From: Phoronis australis
Taxonomy: Eukaryota > Animalia > Phoronida
Assembly: GCA_002633005.1 (NCBI GenBank)
Contig: NMRA01000438.1
Coordinates: 70,893 to 134,892, forward strand
DNA: 64,000 nt
Reading direction: 5' to 3'
The position numbers were made by a program, and so were the translations under genes. How positions within the stretch are numbered: position 1 is the first letter of the stretch; every line of letters begins with the position of its first letter. Positions 40,049 to 53,393 of the stretch are shown here, piece after piece. Below the pieces are notes generated by a model, which saw only the letters and a list, made by a program, of their open reading frames with translations, was not told the DNA's origin and ran no database searches.

Positions 40049-41869
40049 ATACCATGGACGGCACATCGCTATGGCTATGAGAACGGAAACAGTGAACTTA
40101 TTCCGTAGTTCATGAGTTCTATATCATGCTTTCCTACCTCACCGACCCATGACTTCAGTGGCCGACATTTCACTAGGCGACAGTAAAGTATCGAGCTTTT
40201 CCACGACACCCGTGACTTCATGTGTGACTTTGCAAGAGACTTAATATCATAAAAGCACCTTAGATGGTTGGATTTTGTACTCAAAACAACTTCAAAGAAC
40301 AAATGAACACCATTTATGACAATCACTGCCCAATTGGTCCACATGATTAACATTAATCCTGTACCATCCCATTTTTTCATTTTTCGAGAAGACATAAGGC
40401 GTTCGAACCATGGTTTAAGACCCTGTGATTGTGTCCCCTGCATTTGATTTATGTCTACAATAAATCAACAGTTCTCATTTCCTGATTTGTGTTAGCATAA
40501 ATTGCACTTATTACAGTCGTACTGATGACAAACAAATCCAAAAGAAATCCTTGTTTTTTTGCGGACGCAACTCAAATCGGAAAAACGAGAGTTTCCGACA
40601 GTGTCGCTCTCTTTTGGAAATCCCCGGTTTCCAAGCTATCCGAACTGTGGTCAACATACATATATTTTTGCACGTGTTCTTATTGCCGCGACTGCATTTA
40701 ACATGGCAACAGGCGGAATTGCTTTTGGGTCGACTTTTTAAGAATTGTTATGAATCGAATTTCACTGCTAATGCAACTACAAAAAATCTGAGTGGGCCAA
40801 CGGAGGTTTTGTTGGAAAGTAATCCAAGGCAGTTGCACTCACGTGCATCCCCTGTAAGCCGAGGAGCTTATTTTTTCACGTAGGCCTCAATAACTAAACA
40901 TTTCTGTTCAGTGTCATAACTTTTGAAGAGCTGTGAAGTTGATGAATAACATGTCGTAGTAATGATTCTATAATAGTCGGTGATTGATGTTCGACTGTTA
41001 GCACGTTTTAACGTGTTAAAACACTTTTACCCTCTAAACATCAGCGAAACCAGACCAACCTGCGTAATATGTGTCACGTAGTAACTACTTTGTGACGTGA
41101 GATGACGCTCTATCGTGGTATATCGTCATGGCCACGCACAACTACTTCATTATGAATATGTTAACCAAATTAATGACATGATGAAACCACGACGTCGTGT
41201 TGATTTCTTTCGATTTACTAAGCAAGCGTAGCCAAGATTTTTTGCGCAGAGACTAAGTTACAACGTGCTTTGAACAGACGCGGTAAGGGATGACGATAAC
41301 AGTAGGCCTAGTGGTGACCACAGCTGATTTTTGCACGATAATTATGAACAACAACTTCTGTTGTCTTGGTGGTGCTTACTTGTTGGAAAATAACAAGTCA
41401 CCACTCGTTCTCATAAGAATGCCAAAAGCTGTCGCCGAGGGGTATTTTACCGTTATTAGTGCGGGTTTCTGAGAATTCAGTTTTCGGACTGTAGGTCTTA
41501 GCTGACCTAAACTTCAGTTTTTGCTCAGAATAATGGTTGAAAACATTGAATTTCACACTTTCATAACATTGCGCAAACTTTTCGTAAATATTATCAGATG
41601 TACCCGTTGACATTTAAACAATTTCACCAATTTCAGGGTGATTTGAGGTTTAATGTAACGAATCTATAGAAATTGCTGTCTCTAAAAACTGTCATAGTGA
41701 CGTACTGTACGGATGTCTGAAAATGGTTTACTGACAAGAACTAAGAAAAGACCAAGTTGTGGGGTACTTTAAGATGCCATGTGTCATTAAATTGTGAATA
41801 TGCAAATAAAGTACTAGTTCACAAACAATCCCGGGTCTTCTGGTGTGACCGACGCCACTCCGAGAACCA

Positions 41870-42019
41870 GGCGTGCGTTCAGTAACGCTAGGACCTACGC
41901 TAGGACCTAGCTAAAATCAAGACAGTAACGTGTTGTCATTTGAAATACACGGCAATATCTCAAGTAATCTCGCGAAGTCTTAGTTTTTGGCGAGGTCCTA
42001 GCGTTGCTGAACGGAAGGC
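41870..42019 (+). mobile_element. PIF/Harbinger-like MITE, copy 2
   Basis: ggcgtgcgttcagtaacgctaggacct ... aggtcctagcgttgctgaacggaaggc. Confidence 0.75.
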
Positions 42020-45016
42020 GGTTATCGTTACAATCTCGCAAATGTCTCATTTTGCGAGACTATTCTTATGTAAATGAATATGGTAATCCTTGCTGGTTCC
42101 CTGCGTGCCGCTAGGTGGTCAGATGTCACGTTACCCTAATAAAACAAGGCACGTACTGTTTTTATTATTTGTTCATTTTACTATAAAATAAAGATGGCGT
42201 AATATTTGGAGTTATTATGGTTTTCTTTATCTTCAAACTTGTTTCTAAGTGTATCTGATTCAGCTGTAGTGTTTTTTTTAAGACATCATTATATTTCCAA
42301 ATTGTTTCTTTCCTGATTATACTTGTACACACAGTTCTGCAAGAAGTCGCAAGGTGGCGCTTGCAACAAATTTAAATATTCACAGTTTTAATAAGGCATA
42401 GCAACTTTAAAACAAAACATTCACTTTCACTATGGCATTGTGTGGAGTTCGATGAGCGGGTTGTAAGGTGTGGTCGTTTTTGTCTGATTTTGTGCAACGC
42501 TGTATAGTTACATAGAGTCAAATTTGCGAAAACAAAATGTTCCACTGTGTTCAAAGTTATATAGCTAACTGTGTCTGAGGATTAAAGATACCTGGTTAAG
42601 TTTAGACGCTACGACACTGAAGCCACACGCTAACTGAGAGGGGCCGTAACTACGGGCGGCGAGGAAAAATAAGACCCACGCTGGATAAAATAAAAGACAA
42701 ATGTAAATTTTGATGTTGTGTCCGCTGTACGTTGATCTGACTCAATGTTTAAAGTGTTTTAAGGAAAATCATGAAACCAAAGAACAAATCCTTATTACAT
42801 AACATTGCAAAAATCATTACCAATGCTGAAGATCAGGAGGTCACTGTTTTTAATGTTCAAGCCTAGTGATCGATTTACTATTTTTCCATGGAAAGTCTCC
42901 GAAGGTATAGAGACGACTGCCATGTTACATAACAATGTGTAGAGGACAGGATACATACATATACATCATGTACAAATAAACTATCACAAGTTTTAATTGC
43001 TTCTTTTCTTCAGGAATTCCACGGTTGACTGACCGCAGTTCCGATATTGCTTGTATTGGACAGATCCTAATATCTTCGGTAAGAGACCGATTCTATGAGT
43101 CGCCTAATTCGTTTACAGCCAACTAAACACAGCGAAAGGCAACGTTAAAAGGATAACAAACTCACTTTTGGCCTACTAACAGACACCAAGAACGACTTCA
43201 CCATTCAGTTCTCCGAAACCAAACAATGCTCTGTAATCACCAACAACTAGGAGGAAAATTTGAAAATTCCTTTCAACCTCTGTTAAACGGGCAAGCGTTA
43301 CCTACGCTTTTCGCGAATTACACGGCAACTGTGGGAAAAGACCCACCAAGAACCATAATTTTCCCTCTGTGACATAGGGAGCATGAGTTTTTAGTTGATT
43401 CTTGCTTTTAACTTGAAATATTGACGCCAATGGTGCAGTAGCAGGTGATAGAACGAGGATTGGTGGAACTCGTCAAAACAGGGTTTAGTATCCATTTAAC
43501 TACGGCATTCTTTGTTCATATCTTAATTTCTACATCCGGTAGAAAACTGTTCTCCGTTTGGCGCATCACCCTAGTTAAAAAATCCTCGATATTAGCGCTG
43601 AAGTTGCCCAACTAGTTGAGTTTGGTGCCAAAACCCGTGCCTTTTTGTCCCTGAAATATCTTTTCCTAACTCCAACGCACTGCAAAAAATGTGGTATTTC
43701 TGGAGTAAGAAAAAATACTGAGCTCCAAGTAAAACTATATCCTGGTACACATGCTTCAAAATATATTTTTAGCAATTTTTGGGACTTCCTGCATATCTTC
43801 AAAATGCAAAACAACATATTCACAACTTTTAAAGACATTGTGTGTGTGTATTTTGGAACAAAACCATCTGTGTAACTGGTTTTTTAGAAACAATTAGAGC
43901 GGAAAATTTCGAGCCTGTTGTAACACAGAGGTACAAACGTGCATATTTTAGAGAGTAAAAGTACAAATTGTTTATGCTGTCGGAAAGAATTTGAAGATCA
44001 TTCAGTTTTAACTATAACAAAGATTTGAAAGTTCAAGGTGATTGATATAAAGCCGATCAGTTTTGGATAGAATAGCAATCTTTGTGAAAGTCCTGAAAAC
44101 CTTTTTGATGAGTCACTCCTATCACGGCGAGGACTGATCTAGAATTTTCGCACTTTCAGGTCTGAACTCCAATTAATGTGCGTTATATTTTTGGTAATAA
44201 ACATTAAAAAATCTTACATTTTCGCAACACCAGTCCAAAGCAGGAACAATTTCACAGACCGAGACTTCAGCATCCAGATCGGATTGAAGGTTTAGATAAT
44301 ACCAAACGTCTGCTTTCCGGACACTTTATCAAGAACAAATGCCTGGGTATTCATTTTCCATTGCCAACATGGCCGACACGTAGAAACACGGCTGCCAAAT
44401 AACCCCAATTTTAACTTCAACGAAGCCACTGGAAAGAATTTCGCAACTTCAAATTTAGCAACAAGTAAACAAGTGCCTTGATAATAGTCGACCTCGAGTG
44501 CACCATCGCCAACTGGTATAATATTTCAACATTTTAATAAAATGTTCATACCACGATTTTAAGCCTCTTATTGTTTTGACAATAAGAGACTTTAAAACAA
44601 TTAAAATTCTGTTCACAACATCTTCATCATACCTGTGAACGTACCTACACCCGTTTCATATGGATGCGCTATAAGTAGAAGTCGCTGTGCACAGTAAGTA
44701 TTTTCACTACTACTACATCGTCTCCTGAAAACACTCAGCGCAGCAAGCGAGGCCAATAACACACCCATATAAAAAACGTGATTTAGCATACTCATAACTT
44801 AAATTAAAGATTTAACCCACATTTCTTAGGACTTTCATTTCCTTTGCTCTCCAATAATTGTGCCACGTGATCATACGATAACCTTTTGGTTTATTACACG
44901 TCATGTGACATGGTTATTGAGCATGCCATCAAGAGGGGTGACGTCAAAAACCAACCACAATGTACAATACAATACAATACGGTCATTGAATATAACAGAA
45001 ATGGCAATAAAGTCAC

Positions 45017-45022
45017 TTTATT
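45017..45022 (-). terminator. candidate polyadenylation signal AATAAA
   Basis: tttatt on +, with GU/U-rich sequence downstream on the minus strand. Confidence 0.4.
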
Positions 45023-47620
45023 TCTTTAAAACAACAATTCGAAATAACAATTCAAGAATTTGGCATATTTCTGATAAAAACGACGTACACGTATTAATGC
45101 TAAAGTAAAATTTACATGAGATGAACTCTGCAAAACCTTGAACAAATATGCAACCTAACAAATGTCATGAACTCAGTAACAGTGTATAAACACTATTTTG
45201 AAGCTTTGCGAGGTGGAAAACACTGTAACAGAGCCCTGTTCACAAGGTAAAAAAGATAATACTAGATGCATAAAATAATACACGACCCCCCAACTTTTTT
45301 GGCATTACCCCAAGAACTATGACCAAAATTATAACCTAGAAGAGACAGTTCTTAGAACACCAAACGACCCAGGGTTGCTTAACATCACAGCAGATTCATA
45401 GATTTACTGACACATTCATTCGCTATCTCACATAGTGTCAGACTTTCACGCGTGAAAAACCTCATTACACGCCTAGACAGTCAACAGCTGTGACCGATTT
45501 GCACAGTAATTTGCCTGAGTAACAAATTGGTCGAATCATAATTTCAATGGCCAGAGTGCAAGCGGTTAAAGTACATTTACCCTGCTAGTCTAATTATACA
45601 AAATATTCATCTTCTCACTAAACTTCAAGCAAAACCAGATCAGAACGTTTCTTTCTCACAGTCCCCATGATAAAGCTTTCGGGCTAAGACTCATCTTCAT
45701 AACCAGGTACGTTCTTTAAAACAATCTTTCACGGAAAAACACAATAGAAACAAATTAATACTTTCACAAAAGCAGGTAGTACAACAGAATTGTAATATCA
45801 GTACAAACCAAGTACCAGTTCATCCCGATAAACATTTCATCAATTTCCGGGTATCTCCCATACACTAAAACTAGCCGCCGAACACTATCTATTAACAATT
45901 TCTTCTCGTCTTAAACAGTAAATCAACCATCATTTCTGAGTGTACCTAAATTGCATTTAACAAAACACTTTTTGTACTTTTTTTACATACAAATTTAAAA
46001 TTTTTCAAAAGATAGATGTGAAAAACTGATCACTGAATAAACCAGAAATGAATAAATCTTACTATACACAAACTAACCAACCGTAGGTTAAAACAGAACA
46101 CTGATCAAAAATCTAAAAAAATAGTTTTTGATTTCTTCAAATGAACCAAATCTACTTCCAATGACTGAAAATACCTACAAAAAATTACTATAATGAACAT
46201 AGTACCCAAAGCGACATCTATTGACAAGTTTTTGGCTATTTTGTACACAGACATTTTACAGTTTGCATTGAAGGGCTTATTGGCATTTGGTAACAAAAGC
46301 AGGGTGGTGAATCAAAACATGTTTCGTGGATTAGCTACTTAATATCTTCCACTCTCGATGCTACAAAGCTTTTGCTTGCAACATTGCAAGGACTGTTTCT
46401 TATAAAATACATACTGTTGCAAGGGCAGTATCATTAACATAAATTTGTATGAACTGGTTTAACATACATGTACTCTTTCCTCTACACTCACCAATCCAGA
46501 ATACAAAATGAGTTTCACTAGTCGAAATACGTTACAAACAATAAACATTTCGTAACTTTCGACCCTGTTTGAGTTTGCCTTTACTATGAATTTCCATGGA
46601 AACCTCCTTCCATACCACGCCAGCTACATGAGTACCCATAATGCATGAGCCAGCTGTCACTCACTATGGTGGCTATTTTAGGTGGTGGTGCACATCCAAA
46701 AATAAACTAAAAATGCATATGAAGTTCAGCTGGGTTTGAAAATATTTAGAGCTGTGAGGAATGAGATTCAGGCTTATGTTCCGACTGAACTAGCTTGCAT
46801 TCAAATCCAGCACTGAAGTTTATGACAAAAATGAAGCGAAAAAACATCTTTAAGAGGGAACATCAACCAATCAGTGGAAGATTTACAAAACAACTTTTGA
46901 TTTGGGCCAATGGCCGTTTTAAAATAGGTCTCATAATATTTCTTACTCAGGTTAGAAATTATTTCTAGGCTCAAGGAAAATTCCTTATTGAGAACATAGT
47001 TTATAGAGACTTCAAGTAATGTTTCACAGACATGAAGGCAGTGAATAGCAATGGCTTGATTGGTTGCTGTTGGCTAACAACCATGCATTTCTGCGAACTC
47101 ACCTCACCCAGTGCATAACCATGATCCTACTTTCAAAGCCACTATCACAATTTCTCATAATTTGTAAATGTTTCCAAAACAGGGCCAGCGAGTAACTGCT
47201 ACAGTAAAATGAGGCTTTCTTCAAATTTACATGCAGTCAGTCACCAATGCCTTAGAAGCCAGCTTCCATAAGTATGTTTGGGATTACATTTCAGGTCTAC
47301 AAAGGAAAGACATGCTGAATACACACCCTGAGGCTTATTGTAACCAGCAACTTTCAATACCTGGCACAGGTAAGATGCCAATGGCTAATCTGACAAACAG
47401 TTATGACTCACCAAGTGTGACACGGGAAACGTGAAGGAGAGAAATGCAGTCCTAGTCCTCAGATGCATATAATAGTATTTGGCAAATGTAATCAGACATA
47501 ATTTTTTGTCCCTGCCACGACAGCTCACTCTGCAGACAGCAAAAATGACCAGTAATACCCATTACGGCGAAAAATTCCAATTACAAAATAACTTATCCAC
47601 TTTACTAACTGTCCAGTAAA

Positions 47621-47720
47621 TTCCCTTCATTCTCGGTTACAGGAGAAGGCTACCCTGATGATGAATTCGGTTTCTGCTCAGATGCCATGAAGAGGAGTTC
47701 TGGGTAATTTTGTCCAAATA
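47621..47720 (+). repeat. ~100 bp repeat in 3' UTR, inverted relative to intronic copy 52265-52365
   Basis: cccttcattctcggtt..ctgatgatgaattcggtttctgctcag..ttctgggt aligns with the reverse complement of 52265-52365. Confidence 0.8.
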
Positions 47721-47858
47721 AATTTGCCAATTACTGTAGCCAAACTGCGCTTCCTCCGCACTGAATCCAAGTTCCAAGTAACCAGCACCATGACTGAAGG
47801 CGGTGGGGACGACAATGAGGATGACGATGATGATGACGGTTGTAATGTAGTCGGTCGC

Positions 47859-47961
47859 CTAATAAATATCTGAGACATATGGCGTGAGATCACCGATACC
47901 ATCCCAAGAAGGTTTACAGAAACATCGGACACGGCCTGATCGTGGACTGACATCAGCATCG
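47859..47961 (-). CDS. uncharacterised 180-aa protein, last coding exon: (Y)DADVSPRSGRVRCFCKPSWDGIGDLTPYVSDIY*
   Basis: Acceptor ttttttttcattacag. Phase-2 junction TA|C completes Tyr. TAG at 47859-47861. Confidence 0.85.
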
Positions 47962-49177
47962 CTGTAATGAAAAAAAAGAAGCGCTGGTAGGAGAATTACT
48001 CTACAACGCTCACACAAAACTGGTGCTGCAGTAAATAATTTTGGAAGATTAGACGGCTGCAGTAAATATCAATATAAACTAGGAGCACTTCTTGTCAGAA
48101 TTATTCAAAAGTTTAGTTAATAACACCTTTGTCGCAATGAAATGGGATTTTTAAGGAACTTTGATGCTGAAGTGTCGTTATTGCACGTAGCAGTGAATTG
48201 TTTACTAGCTTGCGATTGGTGTTGAGTTTAAGTTGCTGCCACTTGCGGCGAGCAACACCTGTTGAGATTCCGCTACAACTGAAGCAAGCTCTCATTGAAA
48301 AGATGTGGATATTTTGTTGTAGTTTTGTGAATTGACACTTTGACAAATTTTGCTTTTGTCAAGTTTGTTTTGAAAACTATTATAACTTGCTAAAAATGAT
48401 CCATATTTAGCCAAATCTTTAAGACAGAAGCCCAGAAGGTCATATTAATAAATTATGAAGGCAAACTTAATGTAGTTGGCACATCAAACTTCACTTTTTG
48501 CACATTCAACATCTGAAGAATTACTGCAATGTCCATAACACATAGGAATGCCTGCTCCTACTGCCCTCTACCAACAGAGAACAATACTAGACATCCATGT
48601 CATGCATTAAAACATCAACAAAATAGTTAATGTACACAAGTGGAATCACTGTTTGGTGCTAGTACCATCACATAATGGCAGAGGGCAGCATCAGTCACTT
48701 GTTCCATGTGATCGCAAGACATTGCCATAGTGAAGCCCCCCCCATTGACAATGAACACAGTTGAACAGCATTACAGTCAACGCAACCAAAGGTTTACTCA
48801 ACTGTTTGTTTTAACCAAATCAACACTTTAGTTGACTTCCAACTTCTGACGAGGCTACACTAATTTAAGGGTATCTGTCCTTGAACTTTCTGATTTGAAC
48901 AAATGAGCCATTGCAGGTGAATAGACCACCATCATATTGTTCGTTTACAATGTGGAGCAGTTGCCAGCGGCATGACATAACCGCTTTCCATCTCAATTCC
49001 AAACAGTGTGAATACATGACAGTCGATGAAAAAGAAGTTGATCGAATATTCCGAATGTATAAGGAGCAGACAAAGAAACCTCTACAACTGGAGAGAGAAA
49101 ACCACTAAAATATTTAAAGGATCTCGAGAGAAAAGCGAAAATAATTGGCCATAACAAACACTTAACTAGGTGCTTAC

Positions 49178-49335
49178 TATGCGTAGACAGATGCTGGCTG
49201 ACTATATTGCTGTACGTCAGGAACGTAGTCAGAGTCCATGCTATGACAAGCTGACTCAAACTGAGGGTCAACCTCGGAGTGCATGTGTTCATCTGCCTGA
49301 GATGGCGGCTCTGAAGAAGGTGGTACTTGATGAAT
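49178..49335 (-). CDS. coding exon 4: IHQVPPSSEPPSQADEHMHSEVDPQFESACHSMDSDYVPDVQQYSQPASVYA(Y)
   Basis: Acceptor tgttttgttttgcgtttcag, donor ATA|gtaagc. 158 bp, phase 0 to 2. Confidence 0.85.
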
Positions 49336-50590
49336 CTGAAACGCAAAACAAAACAGGTCACTCATGCTTGCGATCAAAAAAACCAAGACACATGCACTTC
49401 GCAGCATGAAGCTAATAAATCAGAGAAAAACTTAACAAACCGTACTTAGTTGTCAAAAACAGGTTGATGAAATTTCGTCTCGACCATAATGAAAAAATCT
49501 CGAAGCAAAAATGTTTGACTTATTTTCAAATACTTAGAAAGAAATTTTTTATCAGCATTCCTTCTGGGTTGTGCCAGGCCAATTTGTAGATGAAATTTGT
49601 CAATTTTTTAAGAGTAGTGAACTTACCGTTTGATAATAAACTGATCCACCATTTTGTTTTAGGCTTAAAGCTTACCTTTAACAGCAACCAGATTAATTTG
49701 GCACCCACAAAATGTTTGGAGCACCACTTTGACTATACCGGCGACATGAACTGACAAATTCAATTAACAGCTTGGCTTTACTGGGTTTCTTTCAAAAAGT
49801 ATGGCATGTACTGGTATAAGACTTCAGCTAGTTCAAACAGCTCCAAGCAAAACCCACACCTTGCACACTCCAAAAGGAAATGCGCCAATGATCATACACA
49901 TGCGCACTACCTATCTCGCTGGATCTCGTTGTAGCGACAACTAGCGGTAGAGCTACTAATTAGCCTATCCTAGCCTATCCTTGTTTGTTGTGACACAATA
50001 CGGCATGAACAAGGTTATATTTGATGTACCAACATATGAGTGATTAAATCAGGATTTCCTGTATTACTAAAGCATAACTATGATTATTCAGATAACTCAA
50101 TGCATCTAAAATAACAACTGCAATGATGACTGTGCCACCTATTTTAAATGTTTTGTACACATTGTAACGCGTGACCATGTTCTGATGTTGTGCCCTGTAT
50201 CTACTGAGGTCTATTGTAATTCTTACTGTGTGACCTCTTTCGCATGTAAATTAGGCGTACTTGGTTACCTAGGAGTGTTCTTCCACTCTTACCAGCACGT
50301 GAGAATTTGACACGTATATCGGAAGACATTTTGTAAGACGAGATGCGAAATCAATGATGCCCATGAAAATTTACGGATTGGCGTACATGTCGGGAACAAT
50401 AACTGTGAATAAATGTCTTTATCCAGTGAGTTGTCGTAATGAAATATCTGTAACTACAAAAACTATTCGTAGAAGGAAGACTTTAACATCCTGGCTTTCA
50501 CATTCCGCCTCCACAATCAGCTTTTTAATCAGTAGCTACACAAAACGTCGCATGGTCGCGGGTACTTCGTATGGAACATTTGTCGCATAA

Positions 50591-50862
50591 CAGTGTTTTC
50601 CGCAACAGAAAATTCAAACTTCATTGCAATTACAAAGCTCATGTACATTTTCGAGAGTCCTCGTGCCCACTGCGGGAAGTTGGTGAGTGCAGTATTGGAA
50701 ACAGTGCCTTGAATTGGTACCGTAAGTGCCAAAATGTCCAAATTTGTTTACGAAATCACTAATCTTTCAATATTTCAAACTCGTTGCAAGTAAGCCAAAC
50801 TCATCACGGCAAAATTCAAACTTGACGCAGTGACGAGTCAAAACAGATTGTGGAGAAAACTG
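50591..50862 (+). mobile_element. 272 bp hAT-like MITE with 5-bp TSD, copy 1
   Basis: TIR cagtgttttccgcaa/ttgtggagaaaactg, flanks cataa/cagaa (4/5). Homologous to 52527-52798. Confidence 0.8.
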
Positions 50863-51358
50863 CAGAATGTGTGGGCCTAAGTTAGTGAACTTTGCATTGA
50901 CTGTGTCTTCCTATGCGACAAATTTCTATTGATTTGGATTACTTGTGCTGCGCGGGGCTACAGCTGCTCTGCGTGTGCGTTCAACTAATCACCTCTGGCA
51001 TGATACCTAACAAACAACTGCTCACGTGAAAGTAGTTTCCACAAGAGGGTAGCACTGCATGCAGCTAGCCACCACCATTTTGATGAGTATAAACAACTTA
51101 CATGAGTTTTGCATTGTCCCAAAATTTTTTCAAATGCGGATGGACACGAAAGCAGTTGGCAGCACAGAGATTTTGTCCACCAAGTTCTTACCAAAAAACT
51201 ATGACCCACTCTCAAAGTTCAGAAACAACACAAGACATACAGAGAAAAATAGTCAGACACAAAAGACATGACATGTAAAATCTAACCACTTAAAAGCAAC
51301 GTTAAAGAATATTCTACAGTGCCTGTAGTAATTAAAAACAATTGTACAAATAAGTCAC

Positions 51359-51436
51359 CTGTTCATCAATAGATGGCGGTCTGTACCCAAGAGAGAAATT
51401 GGTCTGTGTATCCATGCTGAGATCTTCATGAGCTGC
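51359..51436 (-). CDS. coding exon 3: AAHEDLSMDTQTNFSLGYRPPSIDEQ
   Basis: Acceptor gttcttcatttcag, donor CAG|gtgact. 78 bp, phase 0-0. Confidence 0.85.
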
Positions 51437-52109
51437 CTGAAATGAAGAACACACACTGGTGTGAATGTAACTCTAATTAGGAGGCATCGAATTTGGGCCA
51501 CTCTACAAATAATTAAAAATCATGCAAAATTCCACTCATCAGGCCCAAAACTCAAACTCTCCCCCAATCATTCAAAAATTCCTCTTAGTCATAAGGTTAG
51601 AATCACTTTGAACTCGCACAAACTCTTGGCTACAAAATGTATTACTAAATGCAAAAATACAAGTTCCCTTAATTTACAATTCATTATTTTATAAAATCAG
51701 TGCAATTGCCACCACAGCAGTCAGCACACAGCAAGCACGCGCTTCCATTTCAACAGAAAATAAACAGATGGAAGTTGGAATTGTTCAGCAAAATGAAAGT
51801 GAAATCAGCGTCACCAGTGTATGCGATTGTCTGCGTTACATGCTCGCTCTTTGACGGGAGGTAATGAGTTAGAGAATGAATGTACAGGGAGAAGTTGGAA
51901 TGTGTAAGGTACCGAGAATGGACCATTCGAGCTTTTTCCAGTTCACGCGTTCTACGCCGAACTGGCAACCGCAGATTTTGCCGACTTTGGATTTTTGTCA
52001 GGATGCCAAATGCGACTTAGCATTAACTTAGACGTCGAGCACTATGACTTACTGTTAATTCTGTATTTGCTTACAATGCAAGAACAAACCAAAAAGGGTT
52101 GAACATCAC

Positions 52110-52199
52110 CTGAGCTTGAGGTTGGTGAATATTTACATGCGCGTTCACAGGAGGAACCAGTTGTACACGCTCCGTGCATCGCCTTTTGGCCATCACTTC
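52110..52199 (-). CDS. coding exon 2: EVMAKRRCTERVQLVPPVNAHVNIHQPQAQ
   Basis: Acceptor cttgtccattttacag, donor CAG|gtgatg. 90 bp, phase 0-0. Confidence 0.85.
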
Positions 52200-52264
52200 C
52201 TGTAAAATGGACAAGGACGGAGGTTAGAAGAAACTATGTAGGCACTTACAACATAAGCCATAAG

Positions 52265-52365
52265 TATTCAGACGAAACGACCCAGAATTCCCCGCCATGA
52301 CAGCTGAGCGGAAGCCGAATTAATCATCAGAGTAGTCTCCCCTGATGACCGAGAATGAAGGGGAA
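52265..52365 (-). repeat. intronic inverted partner of 47621-47720
   Basis: See partner feature. Confidence 0.8.
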
Positions 52366-52526
52366 ATAACAGGAAAGTTGATGGTGGCTAAGCTATTATG
52401 TAATTAGAATTCTCATTTTCTGCTATCTGAATAGTTATAATTACAAACAGTTTCTGCTGTTGAAAGAATTAGCCACGACTTGGTAAAATGGTATTTTGTC
52501 CGACTGTTTTTGTCTTGTACATTAAT

Positions 52527-52798
52527 CAGTGTTCTCCACAACAGAAAATTTTAACTCGACTGAAATTACAAAATTCATGTATATGTTCGAAAGACCATGT
52601 CCATACTGTGAGGAGTTAGTGTTTTGAGTCTTAGAAAAATGTATTGAACTGGTACTAAAAGGTCAAAATGTCATAATCTCTCAAAACTTTAAACTCATTG
52701 CATTGGTTTTCAAAACTCGACATAAGGAAGCCAAACTCGTCGTGGCAAAATTCAAACTCGACACCGTGACAAGTCAAGACAGCTTGTGGAGAACACTG
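52527..52798 (+). mobile_element. 272 bp hAT-like MITE with 5-bp TSD, copy 2
   Basis: Perfect 15-bp TIR cagtgttctccacaa/ttgtggagaacactg and perfect 5-bp TSD ttaat. Confidence 0.85.
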
Positions 52799-53063
52799 TT
52801 AATGTGAGGATACTTTACAAAAATGAGTTAGCAGAACCGATGGACCTTAAATTGAAGCGGTCTTTAACTAATGACAATGGGATGGAACAGCTGCTGTCTT
52901 AACAATTCTTCAATTTTGATTTTCGTTTTTGCAGAGGCACCTAAACACCCCTTGAATACCTAAGAGTTTTTGAGTGATGACCAATGCCTGGGAAGGATTA
53001 TGATAAAAATTCTCTAGTTTGGGGCAGTAAGTTAATAATTGTGCTCAAGGGTGAAGCTCTTAC

Positions 53064-53087
53064 CAAATTTTAGGCAATATTGACCGG
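53064..53087 (-). other. candidate 24-nt poison micro-exon (PVNIA*)
   Basis: Acceptor tcttaattttttcattatag, donor TTG|gtaaga. In-frame TAA when read in the phase-0 intron. Confidence 0.3.
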
Positions 53088-53393
53088 CTATAATGAAAAA
53101 ATTAAGATGAACGACAAACAATATTTCACCTCGATGTTACATCATAGGAACACAAGGAAATGTTTCATTGACCGCTATTTTCTATGATTTAATGAACTCC
53201 CAAGTTTATTTTCGTACTCTGCTGATACAAAATGCAGAATCCGATATTTGTAAAAATATGATGAACACCAAAATCATCCATGTCCCAATTTTCAGAATCG
53301 AGAAAATTCAATTTTGGCATGAATTTCTATGTTCAAAATTTTAGAAACCACACACCTATCTTGATACTACATTGCCACTACACCTAAACATAC

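Larger units (their letters stand above)
45000..47858 (-). other. probable 3' UTR of the 180-aa gene
   Basis: Follows the TAG stop. U-rich on the minus strand and almost free of MITEs. AATAAA on the minus strand at 45017-45022, with an alternative at 44890-44895. Confidence 0.55.

Noticed and set aside
47678-47959. 93-aa track ORF with poly-Ser
   Set aside because: Alternative frame of the terminal exon and UTR. Splice phase supports the DADVSPR frame.
52200-52345. Extra exon using donor gtaagt at ~52249
   Set aside because: Would leave an intron of only ~50 nt, and it lies within a repeat.
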